A DNA stretch of 64,000 bases, from positions 3,904 through 67,903 of the forward strand of contig CAMTWQ010000014.1 of the NCBI GenBank assembly GCA_947085465.1, given 5' to 3'. Positions 8,321 to 17,978 of this stretch are shown piece by piece (position 1 is the stretch's first letter; each line of letters opens with the position of its first letter). A program made the position numbers and the translations under genes. Source of the stretch: an uncultured Alphaproteobacteria bacterium. GTDB lineage: Bacteria > Pseudomonadota > Alphaproteobacteria > UBA11222. The notes under the pieces were generated by a model, which was given only the letters and a program-made list of their open reading frames with translations, ran no database searches and was not told the origin of the DNA.

Positions 8321-9069
8321 AATTGCGCCTGCGGCCGGCTGGCGTGGGTGCGGTTGATACGCAAAGTACGCACCCGGCGCTCCAATATTTCGCTGCGCAT
8401 GCGGATCAGCAACAGCCAGATATACAATAGGGTGAACCCGGCCCCCATCAGCAGCAGCGGCAGCAGGATCGAACCATGAATGGATGGGCCATCAAGGCGT
8501 ACAACACTTGCCGGTTGATGCAGGGTATTCCACCAATCGACGGAAAATTTGATCACCGGGATATTCACAGCGCCCGCCAGCGCAATTATCGCCGCCGCCT
8601 TTGCCGCGCGCACCGGCTCATCAATGGCGTACCACAGCGCGATATAACCAAGATAAAGAAAAAACATAATCAGCACGGATGTCAGCCGCGCATCCCATAC
8701 CCACCACGCGCCCCACATGGGTTTGCCCCATAGTGATCCGGTAATGAGTGCGATAAGTGTAAATACCGCGCCGATGGGCGCGCTCGCCTTAGCGCACAGG
8801 TGGGCTAGCGGGTGCTTCCAGATCAGGCCGGCGGCGCTGGACAGGGCCATCACCCCATAACAGAACATCGCCATCCAGGCGGCCGGCACATGCACAAACA
8901 TAATTCGCACGGTTTCGCCCTGCTGATAATCGGCGGGCGCCACCACCAGGCCAAGATACGCCCCAAGGCCAAGCAGAATAGCCGTCAGGCCAGCCATCCA
9001 TGGGGATAGCCTGGCGGCAAGGGCGTAAAATCTGGCCGGATTGGCATAGGTTTGGATGGGGCGCTGCAT
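8317..9069 (-). CDS. ccmC: heme exporter protein CcmC
   Basis: [13 protein letters not shown] tryptophan-rich motif in a six-TM protein. Start at [11 protein letters not shown] (9069); the track ORF extends to 9150. Confidence 0.85.
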   Translation of the reverse strand: MQRPIQTYANPARFYALAARLSPWMAGLTAILLGLGAYLGLVVAPADYQQGETVRIMFVHVPAAWMAMFCYGVMALSSAAGLIWKHPLAHLCAKASAPIGAVFTLIALITGSLWGKPMWGAWWVWDARLTSVLIMFFLYLGYIALWYAIDEPVRAAKAAAIIALAGAVNIPVIKFSVDWWNTLHQPASVVRLDGPSIHGSILLPLLLMGAGFTLLYIWLLLIRMRSEILERRVRTLRINRTHASRPQAQL

Positions 9070-9195
9070 GGGGCATTGTTTAGAGCATATCGGGCCGGAA
9101 GGGAACTGGCGGCAAGCGGCTGTCGGCAAGCGGCTCGACAAGCTTCCCAAAACGGCTAAGCTGAGGGGTGATAAAACATAGGGGAGACGCAGGAC

Positions 9196-10068
9196 ATGGC
9201 GAAAAAAGTTTGGATCGAGGTGGCGTTAAACGGCGCCCAAACCCGCAAACAGCAACCCAATGTGCCCGTAACCGCAGAGGAACTGATCGCCGACGGGATT
9301 AAATGCGTTGAGGCTGGCGCATCGATTCTGCATCTGCATGCGCATGATGCGGTTACCGGAAAACAAAATGACGATCCGGATGTTTATGCCGCCATTCTGC
9401 TGGGCATTAGGGCAAAAACAGACGCTGTTGTCTATCCCACGATGCCGATCCATCTGTATCCCGGATGGAGCGACCGCTATCAAAGCGCCGCTGAACTGGG
9501 CCGGCGCGGCCTGCTGGAATGGGCGGTGGTGGATCCAGGATCGCTCAACCTGAATGGTTATGACAATAAGACCAAGCAATTGCGCGGGCGCGGCGTGGTG
9601 TATGTGAATACGGATGCGGAAATCCGGCGCGGCATGGAACTGTCGCAGCAATATGGCTTTCATGCGGAATATGCGTGTTTCGAGCCGGGCTTTGTGCGGC
9701 TTGGCGCCGCCATGCACCGCGCTTATCCCAAGGCGCCGATGCCGATTTACAGTTTCCGATTTGCAGAGAACCTGACCCTGGGTCTGCCGCCTGAGGAATG
9801 GGCGCTTGATACGTATCTGAAACTGCTGGAGCTGGAGGCGCCCGGCGCGCCCTGGATGGCGGCCAGCATGAGCGGCAATATTACAAAGCTCATCCCCGCC
9901 ATTGTGGCGCGCGGTGGCCATGTGCGCACCGGGCTGGAAGACGCGCCCGCCGGATCAAGCGCTACCAATGTTGATTTAGTGAATGAATGCGTACGCGCCA
10001 TCCGCGCCGCCGGGGGTGAACCGGCGGCGGGAACCGATGTGCGCGCGGCGCTTAAGAAATATGCCTAA
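9196..10068 (+). CDS. 3-keto-5-aminohexanoate cleavage enzyme family (BKACE/DUF849) protein
   Basis: VWIEVALNGA...PVTAEELIADGIKCVEAGASILHLHAHD is the typical BKACE N-terminus. Confidence 0.75.
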   Translation: MAKKVWIEVALNGAQTRKQQPNVPVTAEELIADGIKCVEAGASILHLHAHDAVTGKQNDDPDVYAAILLGIRAKTDAVVYPTMPIHLYPGWSDRYQSAAELGRRGLLEWAVVDPGSLNLNGYDNKTKQLRGRGVVYVNTDAEIRRGMELSQQYGFHAEYACFEPGFVRLGAAMHRAYPKAPMPIYSFRFAENLTLGLPPEEWALDTYLKLLELEAPGAPWMAASMSGNITKLIPAIVARGGHVRTGLEDAPAGSSATNVDLVNECVRAIRAAGGEPAAGTDVRAALKKYA

Positions 10069-10673
10069 GCGGCGACTTTAATGCTACGCGCTTCGCCAAA
10101 TGCCGGACGGCCAAGGCAGCGGGCGAGCCATGCGCTCGCATTAGGCGTGGCCGACAGATCAAACTTCGCCATTTGCAGCCAGGACAGCACGCCGGCGACA
10201 TTAAGATCGGCGATGCTGAACTCGGAGCCGAGCAGATATTCCTTGCCGGCCAGCGCGCCATCCAGCACCTTCATCGCTGCTGCCAGTTTGGTGTTGGCCG
10301 CCGCCACTTCGGCGTCCGTGATAGCCGGATTCATCCGTTTCATCAGCAAGGTGAGCGCAGCGCCCTCGGTTTCGGTCATCGCCCAAAAGCTCCATTGCAG
10401 GGCGCGGCCCTCGTCCGCCTGATTTTTTGGCTGCAACTTGCCGCCATACTTTTTCGAAAGATAAAGATTGATGGCCAGGGATTCACACATGATCAGGCCG
10501 TCATCGTTGATGGCTGGAACATGCCCGTTGGGGTTGATTTTCAGAAACTCCGGCTTGCGCGAGCCGCCCTGGTTGTCCACTGGCTCCAACTTGAAATCGA
10601 TGCCCAGCTCTTTCACCAGCCACAAGACGCGCAGCGCGCGCGATTGCGGAATCCCATATATTGTGAGCGCCAT
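10065..10673 (-). CDS. glutathione S-transferase
   Basis: MALTIYGIPQSRALRVLWLVKELGI...NPNGHVPAINDDGLIMCESLAINLYL is the GST N-domain. Its stop overlaps the convergent BKACE stop (CTAA). Confidence 0.85.
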   Translation of the reverse strand: MALTIYGIPQSRALRVLWLVKELGIDFKLEPVDNQGGSRKPEFLKINPNGHVPAINDDGLIMCESLAINLYLSKKYGGKLQPKNQADEGRALQWSFWAMTETEGAALTLLMKRMNPAITDAEVAAANTKLAAAMKVLDGALAGKEYLLGSEFSIADLNVAGVLSWLQMAKFDLSATPNASAWLARCLGRPAFGEARSIKVAA

Positions 10674-10816
10674 TTTTTTCTCCCTGCTGTTTTTGGCAAT
10701 CCAAGATCGGATGCCGCATCATTTCAGTCCCCGTGCCAGATGTCCATGGGGGAGCTTGAGGGTCAGGCTTGATATTACATGACTAATCTGTAAAAAATAG
10801 AGGCCGCAGCCTTGCC

Positions 10817-11704
10817 ATGGGGTCAACGATGAGCACAGCTAATATTCCAATAGTCACCGCGTTTTTTGATACGGACAGCTTCACATTCAGTTATGTGGCG
10901 GCGGATCCGGCAAGCAAGAGCTGCGCGCTGATCGATACGGTGCTGGATTTCAATCAGGCGTCGGGCAGGGTATCGCATGCCTGCGCAGACAAGATCATCG
11001 CCCATGTGCGCGGCCTGGGGCTGCGCGTGGACTGGATATTGGAAACCCATGTGCATGCGGATCATCTTTCGGCGGCCGCTTATTTGCAGCAGCAACTGGG
11101 CGGCAGGCTGGCTATTGGCGCCAGGGTCAGCATCGTTCAGGAAGTCTTTGGCAAACTGTTCAATTGCGGGCCGGAGTTTGCCCGTGACGGACGGCAGTTC
11201 GATCAACTGTTCACGGATGAAGAACTATTCATGGTTGGCGGAATACAGGCGCGTGCTATGTATACGCCAGGACACACGCCTGCCTGCATGAGCTATGTGA
11301 TCGGCGACGCCGTATTTGTTGGCGACACCTTGTTCATGCCCGACTATGGCACGGCGCGTTGCGACTTCCCAGGCGGCGATGCGCGGCAGCTTTATCGCTC
11401 GATTCAAAAACTGTTCGAAATACCCGCGCATAGGCGCCTGTTCCTGTGCCATGATTACAAGGCGCCGGGACGTGATTATTTTCAGTGTGAAACCACCATT
11501 GCGGAACAGCGGGCCAACAATGTGCATCTGCATGACGGGATCGGCGAAGATGAATTTACCGCCATGCGCACAGCCCGCGATAAGACCCTCGACATGCCGC
11601 GCCTGATCCTGCCTTCGGTGCAGGTGAATATGCGCGCCGGCCAAATGCCGCCGCCGGAAAATAACGGCATCGCCTATCTGAAACTTCCGCTCAATTCGTT
11701 TTAG
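10817..11704 (+). CDS. MBL-fold metallo-hydrolase (persulfide-dioxygenase/glyoxalase-II-like)
   Basis: ETHVHADHLSAA metal motif and YTPGHTPACMSYV. An alternative start is the ATG at 10829. Confidence 0.8.
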   Translation: MGSTMSTANIPIVTAFFDTDSFTFSYVAADPASKSCALIDTVLDFNQASGRVSHACADKIIAHVRGLGLRVDWILETHVHADHLSAAAYLQQQLGGRLAIGARVSIVQEVFGKLFNCGPEFARDGRQFDQLFTDEELFMVGGIQARAMYTPGHTPACMSYVIGDAVFVGDTLFMPDYGTARCDFPGGDARQLYRSIQKLFEIPAHRRLFLCHDYKAPGRDYFQCETTIAEQRANNVHLHDGIGEDEFTAMRTARDKTLDMPRLILPSVQVNMRAGQMPPPENNGIAYLKLPLNSF

Positions 11705-11840
11705 AGCAGCCCGCGATTAAGTGGAGTAACGAAGTGCCCCCACTTAACCGCGGAAAGCTGCTCTAACACATTAAAATCTAGAGCAATTTTCTTTATTAAG
11801 TTCGAGCCTCATGGCTCGAACTTAATGCAGATTGCTCTAG
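11702..11840. repeat. composite hairpin repeat A (11702-11765) + linker + B (11778-11840), inverse of 1584-1722
   Basis: Near-exact reverse complement of the B-A block at 1584-1722. The first TAG is the stop codon of the MBL gene. Confidence 0.9.
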
Positions 11841-11884
11841 AGGCCATGGGCGGAAATGTCGCTGCGAGTCAGACCGAATGTGGT

Positions 11885-11960
<76 letters not shown>

Positions 11961-11988
11961 ATTTGGTTAAGCGTATCTATTACAGCAA

Positions 11989-12306
11989 TTATGCGGCAAC
12001 GTCGATGCGCGCTGGTGAACGGCTTTTACACGGGCGAACGATGATTTCCACATTCTGGCCTAACGCGGTTAGCGCCTGCATCAAACGCTCAAGCGAAATT
12101 CCCCTCAGTCTGTAGTTTCTGATTGCTGATACTTTTGGTTGCGGTATGCCCAGCAGCGCCGCCGCCTTGTTCTGGCTAAGACTGCGGCGATCAATAATAG
12201 CGTTGATTTTAACTGCCAGAAGCGCCTTGGCCGTTAGTTCCTCAGCGTCAGAAAATCCAAGATCAATCAGGACATTGTCCGTAGCGGGACGTTTACTGCG
12301 AGACAT
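11989..12306 (-). CDS. XRE-family HTH protein (HTH_37-type, antitoxin-like)
   Basis: NVLIDLGFSDAEELTAKALLAVKINAII...LSQNKAAALLGIPQPKVSAI...SLERLMQALTALGQNVEIIV matches the HigA-like XRE antitoxin pattern. Start at the ATG at 12306; the alternative ATG at 12324 lies inside repeat D. Confidence 0.7.
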   Translation of the reverse strand: MSRSKRPATDNVLIDLGFSDAEELTAKALLAVKINAIIDRRSLSQNKAAALLGIPQPKVSAIRNYRLRGISLERLMQALTALGQNVEIIVRPCKSRSPARIDVAA

Positions 12307-12323
12307 ACTCCTAGCTCCTGTCA

Positions 12324-12445
12324 TAGAGCCTTTCTTACCCGGTCAGGTTGAACCAACCTGACCGGATAAGAAAGGCTCTAAGTGAATGTGTTAGACCATT
12401 TTTATCCTGATCGGATTGATTCAATCCGATCAGGAAATGGTCTAG
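12324..12445. repeat. composite hairpin repeat D (12324-12380) + linker + C (12392-12445)
   Basis: Inverted copy of the C-D block at 4141-4259. Confidence 0.9.
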
Positions 12446-12479
12446 AGTTAAGCGAGCCGCAAAAACCCGCCCCCGCATC

Positions 12480-13466
12480 TCATATATAAGGGTCACTTGC
12501 CAGCAAGTAATTCTGCACATAATCCGTGACGCCATCTTCAAGTTCCGTTAACGGACGATTATAACCAATCTGGCGCAGCCGCGATATGTCGGCCTGGGTA
12601 AAATACTGGTAATTACTGCGGATTTCTGGAGGCGTATCCACATATTCGATGCGCGGCGTCACATTCATCGCAGCAAACACCGCTTTCGCAAGATCAGAAA
12701 AACTGCGCGCCTTGCCGGTGCCGACATTAAAAATGCCTTTGTAACTTCCTTGCTCAAGCAGCCACACAACCAGGCCGGCGCAATCTTTCACCGAGACGAA
12801 ATCGCGCAACTGTCCGCCATCTGGGTAATCGGGATGATGTGATTTGAAAAGTTTAACCGTTTCGCCCTTGCGAACAGTGTCAACGATCTGGCAGGCGACA
12901 GAACGCATTTCGTCTTTGTGATATTCATTCGGCCCATAAACATTGAAAAATTTTAGGCCTGCCCAGGCCAGAGGCGCCGGACGGCCATCGGCAATCTGGC
13001 GCGCGGCGCGCCGGTCAAATGCATGCTTGCTCCATCCATAGGCGTTAAGCGGGCGCAGTTTCTCCAGCGCAGCGGGCGTGCACTCATCGCTAAACCCGGC
13101 GCTGCCATCGCCATAGGTGGCGGCGCTTGAGGCATAGATATATGGCGTGCCGGATTTTGTGCACCAGTTCCACAAATCGGTGGACAACCGGAAATTGGCC
13201 GCAACGATCTTGTCCACGTCACGCTCGGTGGTGCTTGAGATCGCTCCCATGTGAATAACGCTTTCGATGCGAAGCCGGTTATGTTCGAGATAATCGAATA
13301 GCCCTTCCAGGCGGATGATGTCGTGAATTTCGTGGTGCGCGATATTACGCCATTTGTCTGACACGCCAAACCAGTCGCAGACAACGATTTCGCGCCGGCC
13401 GCTTTTCGCCAGCGCGGCAACGATATTAGAACCGATGAACCCGGCTCCTCCGGTAACGATGATCAT
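12480..13466 (-). CDS. hldD: ADP-L-glycero-D-manno-heptose 6-epimerase
   Basis: MIIVTGGAGFIGSN Rossmann start, about 328 aa, and adjacent to hldE. Confidence 0.88.
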   Translation of the reverse strand: MIIVTGGAGFIGSNIVAALAKSGRREIVVCDWFGVSDKWRNIAHHEIHDIIRLEGLFDYLEHNRLRIESVIHMGAISSTTERDVDKIVAANFRLSTDLWNWCTKSGTPYIYASSAATYGDGSAGFSDECTPAALEKLRPLNAYGWSKHAFDRRAARQIADGRPAPLAWAGLKFFNVYGPNEYHKDEMRSVACQIVDTVRKGETVKLFKSHHPDYPDGGQLRDFVSVKDCAGLVVWLLEQGSYKGIFNVGTGKARSFSDLAKAVFAAMNVTPRIEYVDTPPEIRSNYQYFTQADISRLRQIGYNRPLTELEDGVTDYVQNYLLASDPYI

Positions 13467-13524
13467 GTTGTCACTCCGTCTCGCTTGTCCCTGGGACAGG
13501 CAGGCCGATCCCGGGGGGAGGTAG

Positions 13525-14985
13525 CTATCTCGCCATTCGCGCTATAGTGCTGGTCGTTGAGAAGCCGTCTTCAAGCTTGGCCAAAAGAATACGGCCGCCA
13601 TAGGATTGCACGATTTCAAACCCGATCACTTGTTCGACCGTGTAATCAGCGCCCTTTACCAGAACGTCGGGGCGTAGGGCTTCGATGAGGTTGATTGGGG
13701 TGTCGCCGTCAAATAGCACCACCATATCGACGGGCGCTAATGAGGCAAGCACAATGGCCCGCGCCATTTCGCTCTGCACCGGGCGTTTGTCGCCTTTTAG
13801 CCGTTTGACGGATGCATCGGTGTTGAGTCCAACGATCAGATGGTCACAGGCCTCGCGGGCCTGGCGCAAAAGCGATACATGGCCAGGATGCACCAGATCG
13901 AAACAGCCATTGGTGAAACCAATTTTTTTTCCGCGTGCGCGCCATTTGGCGGTGATCTCCATTGCGCGCGGCAGATTGCATATTTTTGCTTCAGCGCCGT
14001 GCAGATCGGCGGCATGTAAAACGTCGGCGAGATCATCGAGATAGACAACGGCGGTTCCCGCTTTCGAGACGGCAAGCCCGGCGCTTGCATTGGCTAGCTG
14101 GGCTGCTTCGGCAAGCGTGGCGCCTGCCGCCAGCGCCACGCCAAGGGTTGCAAGGCAGGTATCGCCCGCACCTGATTCATCAAACACTTCCGGCGCGCGG
14201 GCTTTTAGATGCAATGGCGGTTTGCCAGCCTCAATCAAGCTCATGCCGTGTTGCGCCCGCGTGGTAAGAATGGCGCTGCCGGTTTGCGCATGTGCGATAA
14301 AGCTGGCGGCTTCGATCTCGGCGTCATTGCGGCAAGGCAGCCCCATTGCGCCCGCCAGCTCGCTGGTATTTGGGGTCAACACCCCGACGCCAGCATAACG
14401 GGAAAAGTCGGCGCTTTTTGGATCGGCGATGATGGCTTTACCTGCTGCTTTGCTCATCGAGATGATTTGCTTGAGCATGCCAGGATCGAGCACCCCTTTG
14501 GCGTAATCAGACAGGATGACTAGCGCTGCATCCTTCAATTCAGCCTCGAAAGTGTCGAGGATTTGCTCTCTGGTGCGGGCGTCAAGCGGCCCGGTGGTTT
14601 CGCGATCCGCACGCAGCATCTGCTGGGCGCCAACCAAATACCGGGCTTTTGTCGTGGTTTGGCGACCGGGTACGACCACCAGGCCGCTATAAACCCGCTC
14701 TAGGGCGCCTAGCTGGCGGATTGTTTCATGCCCTGCCTCATCGTCGCCAATTACCGCAATCAGGGAAACATTCGCCCCAAGCGCTACGGCATTGCGGACC
14801 ACATTGCCCGCGCCGCCCAGCATCGATACTTCACGCTGCACACGCACCACCGGAATTGGCGCCTCCGGAGAAATACGCTCAACTTCCCCATAGATAAAGC
14901 GGTCGAGCATCACATCACCCACGCAAACGAGGCGCACGCCCTTAAAGCGGGGTAGGTGATGTGCTAATTGTCCGAGTTCGCTCAT
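13525..14985 (-). CDS. hldE: bifunctional D-beta-D-heptose 7-phosphate kinase / heptose 1-phosphate adenylyltransferase
   Basis: N-terminal PfkB ribokinase-like domain (GAGDT) and C-terminal cytidylyltransferase domain (GFTNGCFDLVHPGH). Confidence 0.9.
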   Translation of the reverse strand: MSELGQLAHHLPRFKGVRLVCVGDVMLDRFIYGEVERISPEAPIPVVRVQREVSMLGGAGNVVRNAVALGANVSLIAVIGDDEAGHETIRQLGALERVYSGLVVVPGRQTTTKARYLVGAQQMLRADRETTGPLDARTREQILDTFEAELKDAALVILSDYAKGVLDPGMLKQIISMSKAAGKAIIADPKSADFSRYAGVGVLTPNTSELAGAMGLPCRNDAEIEAASFIAHAQTGSAILTTRAQHGMSLIEAGKPPLHLKARAPEVFDESGAGDTCLATLGVALAAGATLAEAAQLANASAGLAVSKAGTAVVYLDDLADVLHAADLHGAEAKICNLPRAMEITAKWRARGKKIGFTNGCFDLVHPGHVSLLRQAREACDHLIVGLNTDASVKRLKGDKRPVQSEMARAIVLASLAPVDMVVLFDGDTPINLIEALRPDVLVKGADYTVEQVIGFEIVQSYGGRILLAKLEDGFSTTSTIARMAR

Positions 14986-15036
14986 GTGCAGCCTGTATTT
15001 ATCCGGTGCGCCCGCTTAGCGCAATGCGTGCTGGGG

Positions 15037-15789
15037 TCAGGTTTGCAGCAGCCAGCGTTCCTTACCCTGTAACCCAAGGCAGGTGAGTTTGCCAGTGGCA
15101 AAGGCGCCTGTATCGATACCGATCCGGTTTGGTTTCATCTCTACCTCGCGCCGGACAGAGTGGCCATGCACTACCACGGCGCCGAAGTTTTTTTCACTAT
15201 CAAGGAAAGGCCCGCGAATCCAGATCAGATCATTCTGATCCTGTTCTTCAAGTGGAACCCCTGGCATCACGCCTGCATGGGTAAAAAAATAGTGGCCCAC
15301 CCGGTGATAGCGCCGCAAGCCGGTCAGGAACAGCATTTCTTGCGGCGTTAGGGCGTCACGCAATTGGGCTGCGGCTTCTATCATGTGCTCCGGCGTTGAA
15401 AATTCAGAGGGCGGTTCAACCCCGAAGCTACGAAGCGCCTCGGCGCCACCCCAGCTAAGCCAGTTAGCGCCGCCTGCTGGATTATCCAGAAAGTCGAGCA
15501 TTAGGGCTTCGTGATTCCCAATCAAATGCAGTTTTTCAAACCCATGCGGCGTTTCACCGCCGGCAAGCGCAAGCACTTTACGGCTATCCGCGCCGCGATC
15601 AACATAATCGCCAAGATATATAAGCTGGTTGTGAGCGGGCCCCCGCGCAGCCGCATCTTGTGCGATCATTTCATGCAGGCGCTCAAGCAGGCCAGCACAG
15701 CCATGAATGTCGCCAATGGCGTAGATTCTCTTGCCCGGCGGGACATAGGCGGCGGGAGGCTTTCTTCTATGGATGGGCCAGCGTTTCAT
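15037..15789 (-). CDS. metallophosphoesterase, serine/threonine phosphatase (PrpA/ApaH-like)
   Basis: IYAIGDIHG, LGDYVDRG, GNHE and VHGH calcineurin-like motifs. The track ORF begins at the TTG at 15822; I prefer the ATG at 15789. Confidence 0.8.
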   Translation of the reverse strand: MKRWPIHRRKPPAAYVPPGKRIYAIGDIHGCAGLLERLHEMIAQDAAARGPAHNQLIYLGDYVDRGADSRKVLALAGGETPHGFEKLHLIGNHEALMLDFLDNPAGGANWLSWGGAEALRSFGVEPPSEFSTPEHMIEAAAQLRDALTPQEMLFLTGLRRYHRVGHYFFTHAGVMPGVPLEEQDQNDLIWIRGPFLDSEKNFGAVVVHGHSVRREVEMKPNRIGIDTGAFATGKLTCLGLQGKERWLLQT

Positions 15790-15860
15790 GAGCCGCTGAA
15801 TATAGTCATTTAAGTTAACCAATTTCTATCTTTTTTCAAAATCCGGGGAATTTTAACCAT

Positions 15861-17165
15861 ATGGCAATCAACAATAGATCAACATGGCCTGCAAATGAGC
15901 TATTGAGGCTAACCCATCCGATGTCCGCAAACCTAGCTTCGCGTGAGCGCCCACCGGGCCAGTCGCCCAGCCATGAGGCAGCGTTACTAGACTACGCTGA
16001 GCGCTTAGCACAGCACCGCGACGGGCGGCGGGCGGCGCATGTGAGGCTTTCGCATCTAGGCGCGGCAAACCGCCGCGAGCATCATCTCCGCATAGCCATC
16101 AATACACTTGAACCATTATTGCGCAAGTTTGAGGGCAAGCTGTTTCGCATGTGGAATGAGGACCTCGTTGTCACCACCAAGGACGCAAGCATAGCTGATA
16201 TCGATGATTATGTGCTCAAGCTGCGGTTTTTATTTTCCCAGGATCCGCTGATAAAGCAGGATGCGGCGGGAATAGATCAATTTTGCGTTTTTTTTGATAT
16301 GCGGGCCGATCATGCTGGATTTCTGCGCTTGGCGCAGGAGATGCAAACTCAGGCTGAACGGGAACGTGTGCGCACTTCGGGCAGGCGCGAAAGCATGGCG
16401 CTGCAAGCGCAAGCTCGGGGGATAGAGGTCACTGAAAATATTACGCCCGCGTTACTGGACCGTTTCGAAGCTGCAATTCGCACCGCCGACCTGATTCCAA
16501 TGATTCAACACCAGATGATCTGCGCCTTGCCGGAAAAGAGTAAGCCACTACCAGTGATGTCCGAATTTTTTGTCTCGATCCAGGCATTGCAGAAAAAATT
16601 TCTCCCCGGAGTCAATTGCGCAAGCGACCGCTGGCTGTTTCAGCATCTCAGCAAATACCTGGATTACCGGATGCTAACGGCGCTTCCCAGTTTGACTCAG
16701 GGTTTTGCGACTCCAATCACCATTAATCTCAATGTTAGCACTTTGTTATCCGTTGAGTTCTTGAAATTTGACGCTGCGATGCGTAATAATCGAAAGCATA
16801 GTATTATCTGTGAATTACAATGCACAGATATACTTTCCGATATGGCGGGCTATATATTCGCCCGGAATTTCTTGCGCGAGCGTAAGTATGGCGTAGCGCT
16901 CGATGGACTCGACCACCTGACCTTCCCAATGATTGACGGCAACAAGCTTGGTGTGGATTTCTATAAAATCCAGTGGCATCCAAGCTTTACTGATGACGTT
17001 ATGGCCGAGCACCGGGCGGAGTTTGCGGCAGCGATTCGCGTGGCAGGCGCCAGCCGGGTAATTTTATGCCGCTGCGACGATCAGAGCGCCATTGATTTTG
17101 GGCGCGAAGTTGGCATAGCCCTATTCCAGGGACGGCATTTGGACCGTATGCTGTCGGCTGGCTGA
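15861..17165 (+). CDS. hypothetical protein with C-terminal degenerate EAL-like domain
   Basis: The C-terminal 200 aa align by eye to EAL-domain blocks: ITINLNVS (NxS), SIICELQCTD (ExTE), GVALDGLD (DDFGTG), DFYKIQW (KxD) and VILCRCDD...FQG (AEGVE...QG). Several catalytic positions are substituted. Confidence 0.5.
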   Translation: MAINNRSTWPANELLRLTHPMSANLASRERPPGQSPSHEAALLDYAERLAQHRDGRRAAHVRLSHLGAANRREHHLRIAINTLEPLLRKFEGKLFRMWNEDLVVTTKDASIADIDDYVLKLRFLFSQDPLIKQDAAGIDQFCVFFDMRADHAGFLRLAQEMQTQAERERVRTSGRRESMALQAQARGIEVTENITPALLDRFEAAIRTADLIPMIQHQMICALPEKSKPLPVMSEFFVSIQALQKKFLPGVNCASDRWLFQHLSKYLDYRMLTALPSLTQGFATPITINLNVSTLLSVEFLKFDAAMRNNRKHSIICELQCTDILSDMAGYIFARNFLRERKYGVALDGLDHLTFPMIDGNKLGVDFYKIQWHPSFTDDVMAEHRAEFAAAIRVAGASRVILCRCDDQSAIDFGREVGIALFQGRHLDRMLSAG

Positions 17166-17186
17166 ATCATCCATCCTGGGTATTTC

Positions 17187-17978
17187 ATGGAAACTGCTCC
17201 GGCTAACGTCGCGATACGCGTGCGTGGGCTCACCAAGCGTTATGGCGCTGTATTGGCTGTGGACGGCATTGACTTCGATGTCGCGGAGGGTTCGATTACG
17301 GCCTTGCTAGGCGGTAACGGCGCCGGCAAGACAACGACCATCGCCATGATTCTGGGCCTGGTGGAGCCTACGTCGGGAAACATACAGGCTCTGGGCGAGG
17401 AATTACCGGCTCAGTATCATCGTGTGCTGCCGCGGATAAATTTTGAAAGCCCGTATGTGGACCTGCCGCACCGGCTGACCGTGATGCAAAATCTGAAAGT
17501 ATATGCAGGCCTGTATGGGCTGGAACGGGTTAAGGACCGCATTGCTGAACTGGCGGCGGATTTAGATCTGACGGAATTTCTTGACCGGCCTACCGGGCAA
17601 TTATCCGCAGGGCAAAAAACCCGCGTGTCGCTGGCAAAGGCGTTGGTCAACGCACCGGAGCTTTTATTGCTGGATGAGCCAACGGCTTCGCTCGATCCAG
17701 ACACCGCAGATTGGGTGCGGTCTTATCTTGAAGCCTATTGCAAAGAGCGCGGCGCTTCTATTCTGCTGGCCTCGCATAATATGGCGGAAGTAGAGCGGAT
17801 GTGCGATGCGGTGCTGATGATGCGCGCCGGCCGGATTGTGGATCAGGGCGCGCCGGGTGAACTTATTTCCCGTTATGGCCGCAATAATATGGAAGAAGTA
17901 TTTCTCGACATCGCGCGCGGCACTGGCAAGGGCGCGAACCTGGCGCAACACAAGACGGCTTCTGCACATGAGCATTGA
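17187..17978 (+). CDS. ABC transporter ATP-binding protein (ABC-2 subfamily-like)
   Basis: Walker A GGNGAGKTT, signature LSAGQKTRV and Walker B LLLLDEPT. Confidence 0.9.
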   Translation: METAPANVAIRVRGLTKRYGAVLAVDGIDFDVAEGSITALLGGNGAGKTTTIAMILGLVEPTSGNIQALGEELPAQYHRVLPRINFESPYVDLPHRLTVMQNLKVYAGLYGLERVKDRIAELAADLDLTEFLDRPTGQLSAGQKTRVSLAKALVNAPELLLLDEPTASLDPDTADWVRSYLEAYCKERGASILLASHNMAEVERMCDAVLMMRAGRIVDQGAPGELISRYGRNNMEEVFLDIARGTGKGANLAQHKTASAHEH

